From assembly GCA_900550495.1 (NCBI GenBank), contig URSJ01000001.1:4570-68569 (forward strand): 64,000 nt of DNA, read 5' to 3'. Both the position numbers and the translations under genes were made by a program. The notes beneath the pieces were generated by a model. That model worked only from the letters and a program-made list of their open reading frames with translations, was not told the origin of the DNA and searched no databases. This document shows positions 41,540-51,076 of the stretch, in pieces. The first letter of the stretch is position 1, and every line of letters starts with the position of its first letter. Source of the DNA: an uncultured Rickettsiales bacterium (GTDB lineage Bacteria > Pseudomonadota > Alphaproteobacteria > Rs-D84).

Positions 41540-42499
41540 TTATACAACTTCTGTGACGGCACGCAAGGCCCCATCACGCGATAATTGCACAACACGGATT
41601 TTTTTCTTCATTTCCGCTATCAGGTCAGTGCGGTCATATGCAGGTTGCGTATGCAAAATACGGTCGGCAAATGCGGCATAGGCGGCATCTGCACTCTCGG
41701 CATGAATAGTGGTATAGAAATGGTCGTGTCCTGTCCCCAGCATTTCCCACAGCACCGCCGCATTATCAGTTGAAATTTCGCCGCCTATAATTACGTCCGG
41801 CGTCATGCGCACAACCAAGTCCAACAATCGCGCATAGTTAAAATTATTAGACTGTTCCGTTCGGGACAGGATAAAATGCACACGATTTGCCTGGGGAACG
41901 TGAATTTCCCGCGCGTCTTCGACCGTGATTACGCGGCTGTTCTGGTCAATCAGGGTCAGCATATGGTTTAAAAATGTGGTTTTACCGGTTGCAGTCGCGC
42001 CACTGATTAAAATCGGACTGCCATCATTGATGGCGGACATCAGTCGGTCGTATGGGTCGTCTGGTCGCACGTTTTCACGTGGTTTAACCTTTAACAATTC
42101 GCGTCCGCGTTCCAGGTGATAATTCGCAAATGACGTATCGGTCACGCCGCTTCCACGGATATTCAGTGCAACACCGCCGGTAATGTCGCGTTCGTCATAC
42201 TGGACGTTTGGGCCCGCAATGGCAGTAAATCGATGGTTGCCAGGTAATGTTGCATACACGACTGGAATCCCGTGGATTGGGTCAAAGGGCCGTTCATAGA
42301 TATTTGCCACCGTGTGAATTAAATCAATCAGATACTGCTTGCTGAGTATCGGGGCGTCATACGCCACCCACGGCACGCGTGCGCCGTGCAGGCGCATCCA
42401 CACCTGGCCCGCGTGGTTGATTGCGATTTCTTCAACAAAAGACGGTCGGTAAAATTCCGACAATGGTTTCAGCAAAGAATCCAGAACTACGTTTGACAT
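41540..42499 (-). CDS. VirB11/TrbB-family type IV secretion ATPase (orphan)
   Basis: Walker A ILISGATATGKTT, ITVEDAREI, and His box PDVIIGGE. The 319 aa length is VirB11-sized. Confidence 0.55.
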   Translation of the reverse strand: MSNVVLDSLLKPLSEFYRPSFVEEIAINHAGQVWMRLHGARVPWVAYDAPILSKQYLIDLIHTVANIYERPFDPIHGIPVVYATLPGNHRFTAIAGPNVQYDERDITGGVALNIRGSGVTDTSFANYHLERGRELLKVKPRENVRPDDPYDRLMSAINDGSPILISGATATGKTTFLNHMLTLIDQNSRVITVEDAREIHVPQANRVHFILSRTEQSNNFNYARLLDLVVRMTPDVIIGGEISTDNAAVLWEMLGTGHDHFYTTIHAESADAAYAAFADRILHTQPAYDRTDLIAEMKKKIRVVQLSRDGALRAVTEVV

Positions 42500-42581
42500 T
42501 ATAATAATATTTTATCATAAATCCGCCCTTGAATCAAAAAGGATTATTTGATAAAATTAAAAAAAACAAGAGAGATTGAGT

Positions 42582-43145
42582 ATGAAAAAATCCTTGCTGT
42601 GTATGATTTGCGGTGCGTTGATTCTGGGCGGGTGCGCCACGGATAAAGATATACCGTATAATGAAACAGATTTTGCAAATGGCGGGGCAGATGCGCCACT
42701 GTATAACGAACGCACCAGCACGTTTATGCAATCTGACAACCAGTATTCTAATATTGATTCATACAAGCCGAAAACAGCGGCCGAAAAAGAACAATCTGAT
42801 AACAAGTGGAAAACATCACGTATGGAAACCCGGTGGCAGGAATACAAGGGTGCAATGGTGCGTGTCCAGATTTTGCTGGGCAATACTGATATGCGCGAAA
42901 TGCGTTTGCGTTTGGTACAAAATGCCGACGGTATGGATATTGATGGCGATGCCCGCACAATATTGGGGCATGTTGCCGATTATGAAATGAAACGCGTATG
43001 CGGTCGTAATGCCGACAGTATTGTTATGGTTTATGATCGCCCATCGTTTGACGTGATGCGTCCGACCCCGTTCTTTGATTACCGGATAGAGGCCGAAGGC
43101 GTCACTATGCGCGAATACGGTTTCAGATGTGTGTATAATAACTAA
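42582..43145 (+). CDS. lipoprotein, hypothetical
   Basis: Lipobox ILGGC after MKKSLLCMICGAL. Confidence 0.4.
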   Translation: MKKSLLCMICGALILGGCATDKDIPYNETDFANGGADAPLYNERTSTFMQSDNQYSNIDSYKPKTAAEKEQSDNKWKTSRMETRWQEYKGAMVRVQILLGNTDMREMRLRLVQNADGMDIDGDARTILGHVADYEMKRVCGRNADSIVMVYDRPSFDVMRPTPFFDYRIEAEGVTMREYGFRCVYNN

Positions 43146-43164
43146 CAGCCAAAGGAAAATAGCG

Positions 43165-43497
43165 ATGAAAAAAATTATGTCTGCGGCGGCAATGGTCGGC
43201 GCAATGTTGTTGGGCGCATGCGACAGCAATGCAAATGATGTTGCAAAAAATGGCGACACAGTTGTAATTGACTTTGCCGGATTCAAAGATGGCGTCCAGT
43301 TCGATGGTGGCACGGCCACTGGGTATAAACTGACATTGGGCAGTGGTCAATTCGTCCCAGGTTTTGAAGATCAGGTTGTTGGAATGACGCGTGGCGAAAC
43401 GCGTGACATCAACATCACGTTCCCAGAAAACTATTACCCAGAATTGGCGGGTCAGGCCGTTGTATTCAAGGTCACTGTTCAAGACATCATCAAATAA
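43165..43497 (+). CDS. FKBP-type peptidyl-prolyl cis-trans isomerase lipoprotein
   Basis: Lipobox LLGAC. The FKBP domain reads GDTVVIDFAGFKDGVQFDGG...LTLGSGQFVPGFEDQVVGMTRGE. Confidence 0.65.
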   Translation: MKKIMSAAAMVGAMLLGACDSNANDVAKNGDTVVIDFAGFKDGVQFDGGTATGYKLTLGSGQFVPGFEDQVVGMTRGETRDINITFPENYYPELAGQAVVFKVTVQDIIK

Positions 43498-43526
43498 AAA
43501 AACGTCCCACCGGGACGTTTTTTTAT
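43498..43526 (+). terminator. rho-independent terminator
   Basis: Hairpin aacgtcccaccgggacgtt followed by ttttttt. Confidence 0.55.
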
Positions 43527-43820
43527 AGAGAGCAGAGAGCAATGATAAAGTGATATAGTTTTAGAATAGAAAACTTAAAAACTTGTCATTCCTGCGCAGG
43601 CAGGAATAGGGTCTCTAAATTACTTCCGTTCACTGTTATACAATATTCAGCAAAAACGGCCTGATAACCTTTATCAAATAACACCGCAACATTCTGTGTT
43701 TGGCTCGCGTACGCTCGCACTGCATAGTCCCTATTCCTGCCTGCGCAGGAATGACAATGAAGAGTGTCCGCCATCGGCGGACACATCCATTGCTCTCTGC
43801 TCTCTGCACTCTGCTCTCTG
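43527..43820 (-). mobile_element. MITE-like palindromic repeat element, copy 2 (inverted relative to copy 1)
   Basis: Reverse complement of the 30541-30800 core, flanked by agagagcaatga / tcattgctctct inverted ends. It is inserted between two gene terminators. Confidence 0.5.
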
Positions 43821-43846
43821 AAAAAACGCCCCAGTGGGGCGTTTTT

Positions 43847-44668
43847 TTATTCCACGGCAACGATAAATATTTTTGCATCGTTAGCAGCACGAATTGTCGC
43901 CTCTTTATCCACGACAAAGCATGTTTTTGCATTCACTATAATCCCACGCAAGTGGGCTGCTGCGACTGCGCGAACAGTATCAACGCCAATCGCCGGAATA
44001 TCAATACGCAAATCTTGACCAGGTTTGGTCATTTTTGCAAATACCCCGCTGGTGCGACGTTTGTTTTTGCGCATATCAACCACGCGTTCCAGCATTTTGG
44101 CGGTGCCTTCGGCGGCCTCGACCGCGATGACCTGTTTATCAACAACAACCGATGCACCAATGTCTGCCGCACCAATAGTATGCGAAACATCAATCGCGCG
44201 TTCAATGTCACGAGTGTCGCGTGCGCTGGGCTTTGTTTTGGTCTTTACCCCAGCGGTTTCAAACGCCAGTTCTGGTGCTGCGTCCTGAGCAGCGATGATT
44301 TCAAATCCACGTTTTTCAAGTGCCTTGTTCAATGCAACCCCCATAGAATCATATCCCCGTTGATGTTTCATAATGCTTATCAGCATACCTATTGACCACC
44401 AGTCTGGACGAATATCAGCAAGATTTGGATGCCCCAATGCCCCAACAAACGTTAATTTATGAATCCCGCGTCGACGAAATTCACGAATTGCCGGCCATGC
44501 GCCGCCCAGGCGAACAGTAATGTCTGGGTTTAACTTTGGGTCAACGAAATTTTTCAGCCCGACGATATACACATCCCATCCCGCACGCCGCAATGCGTCA
44601 CGCGTAAAAAACGGCAGGGACAACGCCCCCGCCACCAGGGCAATTTTTTTGTCTGTGTTTTTCTTCAT
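43847..44668 (-). CDS. lpxI: UDP-2,3-diacylglucosamine hydrolase LpxI (DUF1009)
   Basis: A 273 aa protein with the two-domain LpxI composition. This is the alphaproteobacterial replacement for LpxH. A terminator lies at 43821-43846. Confidence 0.6.
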   Translation of the reverse strand: MKKNTDKKIALVAGALSLPFFTRDALRRAGWDVYIVGLKNFVDPKLNPDITVRLGGAWPAIREFRRRGIHKLTFVGALGHPNLADIRPDWWSIGMLISIMKHQRGYDSMGVALNKALEKRGFEIIAAQDAAPELAFETAGVKTKTKPSARDTRDIERAIDVSHTIGAADIGASVVVDKQVIAVEAAEGTAKMLERVVDMRKNKRRTSGVFAKMTKPGQDLRIDIPAIGVDTVRAVAAAHLRGIIVNAKTCFVVDKEATIRAANDAKIFIVAVE

Positions 44669-44752
44669 GCGTTAAATCATACGCGCAAAAGAGGCTGGAA
44701 TCAAGTTGCAATTTATGATAGAATTTTAAAAAGATACAGTAATGGGTATAAG

Positions 44753-45523
44753 TTGATGAAAAAAATATCATATTTTGGAATTCTGGCGGTCATATTGCCA
44801 TCGGTGGCGTTGGCTGGATACAGTGACAGGGGCTTTCAGGCCGAGGTGACCGAGGGGCTGGATCTGGTTGGGGCACGCAAAAATGTAGACGCTGTGCCAG
44901 ATGTCGCACCGGGTGAACTGGGGGCAGATGTATACCAGACGGTTGGTGCAGCGGATAATTCTGATATTCGCATGTTTATCCCGACGACGATGTATGTGCG
45001 TTTTGGGGGCGGATTAAACTTGGGCTTTGCAACCGAGCAGGCGCGTTTCGGTGACCACAAGTACGAAAGCAGCGGCAGTTGGTCTACACAAATCGGATTG
45101 GGGTGGAATTTGTCGTCGTTCGTGCGTGGCGAATTTGATTTCCAGGAATCGACGTTTGAATTTTCTGACTTGGGTGACGTCCAGGCGACGTATCACACGG
45201 TTGGGACAATGTTATATTTTGATTTGGCGCGTCGCTATGTCCAGACAGGTGACGTAACTCGTCGTCGGACATTTGTGCCGTTTATTGGTGTTGGGGCCGG
45301 CATGGGCCGTTATCAGTTTGATGGACCGCGTGGTGCCGATGGGTTGGTGATTGCGGCCCCGCGTGCGGCGGCTGGGTTTAACGTGATGTTGACCGACTTG
45401 ATTGGAATTGATGTTATGTATCAATACCAGTTGATGATTGGTAATGGGTTTGGTTGGGATGTTCGTCGTGGTGGCGCAAACAGCGTCAGCAACATCATGG
45501 CGTCATTTCGTGTGAATTTCTGA
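44753..45523 (+). CDS. outer-membrane beta-barrel protein (OmpA-like/Omp25 family)
   Basis: Signal peptide, alternating beta-strand pattern, and C-terminal ...FRVNF aromatic end. Confidence 0.55.
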   Translation: MMKKISYFGILAVILPSVALAGYSDRGFQAEVTEGLDLVGARKNVDAVPDVAPGELGADVYQTVGAADNSDIRMFIPTTMYVRFGGGLNLGFATEQARFGDHKYESSGSWSTQIGLGWNLSSFVRGEFDFQESTFEFSDLGDVQATYHTVGTMLYFDLARRYVQTGDVTRRRTFVPFIGVGAGMGRYQFDGPRGADGLVIAAPRAAAGFNVMLTDLIGIDVMYQYQLMIGNGFGWDVRRGGANSVSNIMASFRVNF

Positions 45524-45537
45524 TGTGGGTGGCAAAG

Positions 45538-46185
45538 ATGAAGTCAAAATTATTATTTAGTGTAATGTGCATGTTACCGTTCGCAGCAAATGCGGCGATT
45601 CCGTATCGTGTGCAACAGGTTGTTGTTCCAGCCAATGAAGTTTCCGGTAATGATGACCAGGCCTTTGCCAGTCGTCATCGTTTCTATGTCGGTGGTATGT
45701 ATGATTTTTCAATGTGGGGCAATTATACATCAGATGAAATGGTTCATGTGTCTGGTAAAAACACATCTTCGTTCGAGGCTGTTGTCGGCGTTCGCCCAAT
45801 GGACACATTCCGGGTCGAGGCGAACTATATCCGCACCGATGCCAAATGGGGGGCTTTTAAATTGACGGGTGACACCGCCATGGTCAACGCGATATTTGAT
45901 GCCCGTATTGACAGTATGTATCGTCTGTTCCATACCCAGCGTATCGTGCCATATGTTGGCGCGGGGGCGGGGCTGTCCTGGAATTCGGCGGATGATGCGC
46001 GACTGGATAAAAAAATCAGTGGCGTGTTTGCAGCACTGGCGGGTGTCGGATTTGAATTGGGTGAATACTTTACAGTCGACCTGGGGTATCGTTACATGTA
46101 TATGCTGAAACCAGAATTTGATACGGTGCCTGATTTTGCGCCAACCGCGCACCAGTTTCGTGCCGGTGTGCGCCTGAATTTCTAG
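45538..46185 (+). CDS. outer-membrane beta-barrel protein, paralog
   Basis: Signal peptide MKSKLLFSVMCMLPFAANA and a C-terminal ...GVRLNF. It is a tandem paralog of the previous gene. Confidence 0.55.
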   Translation: MKSKLLFSVMCMLPFAANAAIPYRVQQVVVPANEVSGNDDQAFASRHRFYVGGMYDFSMWGNYTSDEMVHVSGKNTSSFEAVVGVRPMDTFRVEANYIRTDAKWGAFKLTGDTAMVNAIFDARIDSMYRLFHTQRIVPYVGAGAGLSWNSADDARLDKKISGVFAALAGVGFELGEYFTVDLGYRYMYMLKPEFDTVPDFAPTAHQFRAGVRLNF

Positions 46186-46187
46186 AC

Positions 46188-47123
46188 ATGGGAACACCAA
46201 TGAAAACATGTCCGTTCTTTGGCGTGTGTGGGGGGTGTCGGTTTGATTTTACCGCGCCCGATTATCAGAATAAAAAATTGGCAATGTTGCGCAATGTCGC
46301 ACCCACAGGTGCCCCAGTTTGGATACCTGCCGGTATGCGTCGTCGCGCAGATTTTGCGTTTGCAGGTGGACAATTTGGTTTTTATGCTGCGCGTGCCAAA
46401 GATATTGTTCCCGTGCGGTCGTGCCCGAATTTGGTGCCAGAAATAAACCACGTCCTGCCATTGTTGGCAGCGTTGCCGTGGAATAGTGCCGGCGCATGTC
46501 TGGTGACCCTGTGCAACAATGGGCTGGATGTTGCGATTACGTCAAATGTTCCGTATTTTTCGGCCGATTTTCGTGCTGCAGCGGAAAAACTGCCCGTGAT
46601 TCGTATTACGTGGAACGACCGCGTGATTGCGTGTCACGACACCCCAATGGTCAGTTTTGATGGCCATGCGGTCCAATATCCAACAGGCGCGTTTTTACAG
46701 CCAACGGTGGCCAGTGCGGATGCACTGCGTCATATGGTTGTGGCGGCAGCCCAGGGCGCACACCGCACGGCTGATTTGTTTTGCGGACTGGGGAATTTTA
46801 CATTTGCATTAAATGCCGATGGATTTGATATTGTCGGCACGGGCGCAAAGCGCGATTTATTCACGCACCCATTAACGGTTGGAATGCTACGCACATATGA
46901 TTGCGTGGTGCTGGACCCGCCGCGTGCCGGTGCATTGGCCCAGTGTCAGGAAATTGCAAAGTCTGATGTCGTGCGCGTAATCTATGTATCGTGCAATCCC
47001 GCGACATTTGCCCGTGATGCCCAGGTATTGACCCGTGGCGGGTATAAAATGCGTCGATTGGTTCCTGTTGACCAGTTCGTGGGCAGTGCGCACTGGGAAC
47101 TGTTTTCTGTATTTGAAAAATAA
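46188..47123 (+). CDS. RNA (uracil-5)-methyltransferase, RlmD/TrmA family with Fe-S Cys cluster
   Basis: N-terminal CPFFGVCGGCRF, SAM-binding LFCGLGNF, and the catalytic region LDPPRAG...YVSCNP. Confidence 0.6.
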   Translation: MGTPMKTCPFFGVCGGCRFDFTAPDYQNKKLAMLRNVAPTGAPVWIPAGMRRRADFAFAGGQFGFYAARAKDIVPVRSCPNLVPEINHVLPLLAALPWNSAGACLVTLCNNGLDVAITSNVPYFSADFRAAAEKLPVIRITWNDRVIACHDTPMVSFDGHAVQYPTGAFLQPTVASADALRHMVVAAAQGAHRTADLFCGLGNFTFALNADGFDIVGTGAKRDLFTHPLTVGMLRTYDCVVLDPPRAGALAQCQEIAKSDVVRVIYVSCNPATFARDAQVLTRGGYKMRRLVPVDQFVGSAHWELFSVFEK

Positions 47124-47124
47124 A

Positions 47125-47469
47125 TTATCGTTTCAATAATTCGTGACGCAATTCGCCCAGGTCGCGCACGATTGTATCAATCATGCACTGTATTTTCCCG
47201 TAATCCAGAACGCGACATTTTGCGTCTGGAAATCCATTTTCAAAAAATGGTGTTACCGATATTTCCAGTGCGTCTGCGAATTGGCACATCCGCCACAGTG
47301 AAACGCGATTCTCGCCCGATTCATATTTTTGCACCTGTTGAAATGTGATGCCGGTGCGTGTGGCAAGTTCTTTCTGGGTCAATCCCTGCATCATGCGCAC
47401 CCGGTGCAAAAATAATCCTGCCTGGCGGTTGAATTCATTTTCGACCATACTTTTGGTAATTGCGGTCAT
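47125..47469 (-). CDS. XRE-family HTH transcriptional regulator
   Basis: HTH QGLTQKELATRTGITFQQVQKYESG. Start at ATG 47469 with a gggggg RBS. It is divergent from the CI-HTH paralog at 48087. Confidence 0.55.
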   Translation of the reverse strand: MTAITKSMVENEFNRQAGLFLHRVRMMQGLTQKELATRTGITFQQVQKYESGENRVSLWRMCQFADALEISVTPFFENGFPDAKCRVLDYGKIQCMIDTIVRDLGELRHELLKR

Positions 47470-47897
47470 ATTCCCCCCCGTGTGTAAAAATAAAACCACC
47501 ATATGAATTCAGGTGGTTGGAGGTTAAGAACTAAGCAAGATGTTAGTGCTGTTTATTCAATATTCACAGCCCTCCAACCATCGGTTGGAGTTTTTTATGT
47601 CCCTGCGGACAATCTTGCCGGGGTTCTTACACCCCACAACGGCAACCCGCCGTTGCAACCGTATTATATAATGTTCGTTGTATGAATACAAGCAAAGAAA
47701 AAAACGCCGCCGGTTTTGCCCGGCGGTGTTTCCGAATGCCCTGAAAGGAAGGAAAGGAGAAAAAGAAATGGGCATTCTAAACTTTCAAATTGGGTTGGGG
47801 CCCAGAGTCCAGAGGAGAGAGAATGTAGGAGGGAGTCTGAATCCCTGAACCCCGTGTCACTGGGGTCGCCCCCTTTGACGAATCGAAATGTAATACA

Positions 47898-47928
47898 ATA
47901 TTTGTTATTTGTCAAGAATATTTGTCAA
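47898..47928 (+). promoter_or_regulatory. direct-repeat operator-like motif (TATTTGTCAA x2-3) upstream of 48087 gene
   Basis: The sequence atatttgttatttgtcaagaatatttgtcaa lies in the divergent intergenic region between two HTH regulators. Confidence 0.3.
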
Positions 47929-48086
47929 AAAAAAATTACGACAATTTTCGTGGGGCTTTTATACCTGAGGGATTTATTGCCTAACTTGTTGAAAATCCTA
48001 GGAAATCGTGCTTGTTGTTCGGTCGCGCATCGTGGAATAAAATCACGGTATAGGAATGACACCTATTATAACCAGAGGAGATAATA

Positions 48087-48332
48087 ATGACACACGAAGA
48101 TGTATGGCGCGCAATTGAACGATTCGCTGACGAGCACGGCATGTCGTGTTCTGGATTGGCAAAATGCAGTGGTTTGGACCCAACCACATTTAACCGCAGC
48201 AAACGCTGGTCGCGCGAAGGTCAGCCCCGCTGGCCGTCAACAAACAGTATTTCCAAAATTTTGTCGTCAACAGGCGCAAATATTGGCGATTTTACCAAGT
48301 TTATTGACCCGCGTAATCCAACTAGGGAATAG
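48087..48332 (+). CDS. HTH protein homologous to N-terminal DNA-binding domain of S24/CI-type repressors (peptidase domain absent), copy 2
   Basis: Contains MSCSGLAKCSGLDPTTFNRSKRWSREGQPRWPSTNSISKIL. It is about 60% identical to 11382-11618. The RBS is agaggag. Confidence 0.55.
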   Translation: MTHEDVWRAIERFADEHGMSCSGLAKCSGLDPTTFNRSKRWSREGQPRWPSTNSISKILSSTGANIGDFTKFIDPRNPTRE

Positions 48333-48422
48333 TCGCGATATTGTGAAGCGCAAAGCCCAGACCGTGCACATGCGCGGTCTTTTTCCCTGGACATAAGGAT
48401 TCCCATCGTTTATCCTGGTTAT

Positions 48423-48842
48423 ATGCTGACTGGAATCAGAATCTATTCTGGCGACGCGGTTTGGCGTTCGGTGCTGGCCGATTTAAATGCGGTGGTGGTG
48501 GATGCGCCTGATATCGCGACAGTCATTTTTGACGAATTAAATATCCCCGCGCATTGCACAATATTGGAATTAAAGGCGGCGATTCTGGCGGCGATGGACA
48601 ATACAAATATTATTCAGTCAATATTTGGACGAAATGTCGCACTGGCCCCATTACAACGGCAAATAATTGTTTTGTTACAGAAAAGTGGTGGTATGACGGG
48701 GGCACAATTGCGCACGGCATTGGGGTATTCGCCACGTGCGACAACACATACTGTTGATACGGCGATATATCAGTTGCGCAAGGTATATGGACACGATTTA
48801 ATCAAAAATATTGATGGGGTGTATACAATTGGTCGGATATAA
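48423..48842 (+). CDS. putative transcriptional regulator with OmpR/PhoB-type winged-helix C-terminal domain
   Basis: The C-terminus LAPLQRQIIVLLQKSGGMTGAQLRTALGYSPRATTHTVDTAIYQLRKVYGHDLIKNIDGVYTIG resembles trans_reg_C. The N-terminus is not a receiver domain. Confidence 0.4.
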   Translation: MLTGIRIYSGDAVWRSVLADLNAVVVDAPDIATVIFDELNIPAHCTILELKAAILAAMDNTNIIQSIFGRNVALAPLQRQIIVLLQKSGGMTGAQLRTALGYSPRATTHTVDTAIYQLRKVYGHDLIKNIDGVYTIGRI

Positions 48843-49497
48843 ACTGATTTCTTTTGATAAAATTCCCAGTACGCAAACATATGCGTTGGATTTGATTTCT
48901 CGTGGTGCGGCACGCGACCGCACAGTTGTTGTCGCGTTGGCCCAATCTGCGGGGCGTGGGCGGTATCGTCGGACATGGGTTTCGCATCATGGCAATTTGT
49001 ATGCCAGTTTTATTTTTGCATCTGAAAATCGCGATTCGCGCTTGTCGTATGTTGTTGCGGTTGCAATCGCTGAAACATTGATTTCATTCGGCATTCGTCC
49101 AACAATAAAGTGGCCAAATGATATTCTGATTGACGGTGCCAAGGTGTGCGGTGTCTTGATTGAATACGCAGGTGCGTTTGTGATTGTCGGCATTGGTATA
49201 AATATAAAATCAAATCCGACAGTGCCCGAATATAAAACAACCAAATTGGAAAATTATGCTAGTGTGGAACGCACAGAACTGTTAAATCGTCTGATGCGTA
49301 ATCTGGACAAATGGATGCGTGCTGATTTTGCTGATGTGCGTGCACGTTGGATGGAATTGGCTGCAGCATTGAACAAGGTGGTACGTTATCGTGGTGAAAA
49401 TGTAGAACTGATTGGAATAAATGAATCTGGCGCATTAGTTTTGCGGCGCGGAACGCAATATTTGTTGGCATATGGTGACGAAATTAGTATGAAATAA
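48811..49497 (+). CDS. birA: biotin--[acetyl-CoA-carboxylase] ligase (group I, no DNA-binding domain)
   Basis: Contains ALAQSAGRGRYRRTWVSHHGNLYAS and KWPNDILIDGAKVCGVLIE. Confidence 0.7.
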   Translation: MMGCIQLVGYKLISFDKIPSTQTYALDLISRGAARDRTVVVALAQSAGRGRYRRTWVSHHGNLYASFIFASENRDSRLSYVVAVAIAETLISFGIRPTIKWPNDILIDGAKVCGVLIEYAGAFVIVGIGINIKSNPTVPEYKTTKLENYASVERTELLNRLMRNLDKWMRADFADVRARWMELAAALNKVVRYRGENVELIGINESGALVLRRGTQYLLAYGDEISMK

Positions 49498-49540
49498 ATG
49501 CCAGATTTCTGGGGCTGTGTGGCAATGTAAAAATATACAC

Positions 49541-49569
49541 TTGACTTTTTATATCATTTGTGATACCAT
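49541..49569 (+). promoter_or_regulatory. sigma70-like promoter candidate (TTGACT-17-TACCAT)
   Basis: -35 TTGACT, 17-bp spacer, -10 TACCAT. It is followed by two intrinsic terminators at 49595-49618 and 49626-49652, before the hydrolase gene. Confidence 0.3.
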
Positions 49570-49594
49570 TCAAAGCATCAACAGTAAAGATTCT

Positions 49595-49652
49595 GTCCGC
49601 GCAATGTGCGGATTTTTTATTTTTTGACCGCGTAAATCACGCGGTCTTTTTT
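49595..49652 (+). terminator. two tandem rho-independent terminators in leader of phage-like operon
   Basis: Hairpin 1: tccgcg-caatg-tgcgga followed by tttttt. Hairpin 2: gaccgcg-taaatca-cgcggtc followed by tttttt. Confidence 0.5.
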
Positions 49653-49691
49653 ATTGCCAAAAAAACAAGATGGAAAGAGGGGAGTTCGCAC

Positions 49692-50102
49692 ATGCAACTT
49701 GAATTGATAACAAACCCAGATGTGTCACAGTGTGCCGCATATAAAATTGCACGCGTGGTTTATGCTGAAACTGGTGCAACTTCATTATCATTGGTCGAGG
49801 CATTTACATCAATGATTTCAAATCTGGCCCGGTGTCGCGGCGTTGACCCAGATGTTGTTATAACAGACCATGATGTGTTTTTATCGCTGGACGAAAATAA
49901 TGCGCGTCACGAATTATTAAATGTTGCACCAGACGTGCGTGCGTTTCAAATGTGTCTGCGTGTAGTGCGGCGGATGCTGCACGGTAATTTGCCCGATGCG
50001 TCATTTGGCGCGACACGTTTCCATCGCGCCGATGAAATGCCCGCATGGTCAACATCGCGCGGATATATCGCCGACATTGATGGCGTATTGTTCTATTTAT
50101 AA
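49692..50102 (+). CDS. cell-wall hydrolase (SleB/Hydrolase_2-like), putative endolysin
   Basis: VVYAETGATSL...ATRFHRADEMPAW resembles the cell-wall hydrolase family. The RBS is aagagggg. Confidence 0.45.
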   Translation: MQLELITNPDVSQCAAYKIARVVYAETGATSLSLVEAFTSMISNLARCRGVDPDVVITDHDVFLSLDENNARHELLNVAPDVRAFQMCLRVVRRMLHGNLPDASFGATRFHRADEMPAWSTSRGYIADIDGVLFYL

Positions 50103-50115
50103 CCAGGTGGTAAAT

Positions 50116-50313
50116 ATGCGCATACAAAAAATTATTCGTGGTGGATGGTTGGCCGACCGACGCACGCACGTTATGTCGGTTGTAGGTGTGCTGTCGGCGG
50201 TGGCGGCGTATTTGGTCGGTGACAGTGATATTTTTGTTTTGTGCCAGGCACTGTTCACATTGGGCGGAATTTATTTTATTCGTAAATCAAACAATCAAAA
50301 CAAAGGAAATTAA
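50116..50313 (+). CDS. small membrane protein, putative holin
   Basis: A 66 aa protein with two hydrophobic segments (VMSVVGVLSAVAAYLV and ALFTLGGIYFI) and a charged C-terminus. It lies directly downstream of the hydrolase. The RBS is aggtgg. Confidence 0.4.
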   Translation: MRIQKIIRGGWLADRRTHVMSVVGVLSAVAAYLVGDSDIFVLCQALFTLGGIYFIRKSNNQNKGN

Positions 50314-50315
50314 AA

Positions 50316-50972
50316 ATGGAAAATATTCCTGAAAAATTTAAAAACCAAGATGGAACATTAAATGCAGACGCATTGATAAAATCATATGTGGCATTAGAAA
50401 AGAAAATCGGAACGATGATATCGGTGCCGTCTGATGATGCTGACGATGATATGCGTAACCGTTTCAGACGCGCAATTGGTGTGCCCGATGCGCCGGATAA
50501 TTATCCAAAAAATGATTTGTTTGATGATGAAAATTTGCGAGCAAAATTTTTTGAAATTGGATTGACGTCATCACAGGTTTCGCAAATTTATAACATCGCC
50601 CAAGAATTTTTATCACCAGTCATATCTGATTTGTTCGCAACACAATCCCAGGCCGCAGCAATTTCTGAATTAAAAAATTTCTTTGGCAGTGATGAAAAAA
50701 TGAACGATGCAATCAAACAAATAAATGCATTTGGAACGCAGTTTTTACCACGTGACGCATTTGATGCGTTGTGCACTACACCCCAGGGAATCCAAGGCAT
50801 ATACAGAATGATGCAATCAATGGAACCACATGTTCAAACCGCCGATAGTGATGATATAAATTTATCCGATAATGATTTGCGACGCATGATGCGCGACCCA
50901 AAATATTGGCGTGATCACGATAGTGAATACGTTCGAAAAATTGAAAATGGATTTAAAAAGTTATATTCATAA
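50316..50972 (+). CDS. putative capsid scaffolding protein (T7 gp9-like position)
   Basis: An acidic, helical 218 aa protein upstream of the capsid gene. The assignment is by position and composition. Confidence 0.4.
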   Translation: MENIPEKFKNQDGTLNADALIKSYVALEKKIGTMISVPSDDADDDMRNRFRRAIGVPDAPDNYPKNDLFDDENLRAKFFEIGLTSSQVSQIYNIAQEFLSPVISDLFATQSQAAAISELKNFFGSDEKMNDAIKQINAFGTQFLPRDAFDALCTTPQGIQGIYRMMQSMEPHVQTADSDDINLSDNDLRRMMRDPKYWRDHDSEYVRKIENGFKKLYS

Positions 50973-51076
50973 TAAAAAAATACACTTTCTTCTTTACTAT
51001 GTTTTATGTTTCGTATAAAATATACAGTAAGAACAAAAAAATTTGTTCTATCCAAAAAAATAGAAAGGAGAGAAGA

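Noticed and set aside
43700-44395. A 231 aa plus-strand ORF antisense to lpxI.
   Set aside because: It overlaps the better-supported minus-strand lpxI gene completely, and its N-terminus lies inside the MITE.
47503-48086. Assignment of the structured leader to SRP RNA, tmRNA or RNase P RNA.
   Set aside because: The GGAAGGAAAGG loop and GGGG...TTGACGAATCG segments only superficially resemble the 4.5S and tmRNA motifs. No T-arm/CCA end or P4 consensus was found, so no specific RNA family is claimed.
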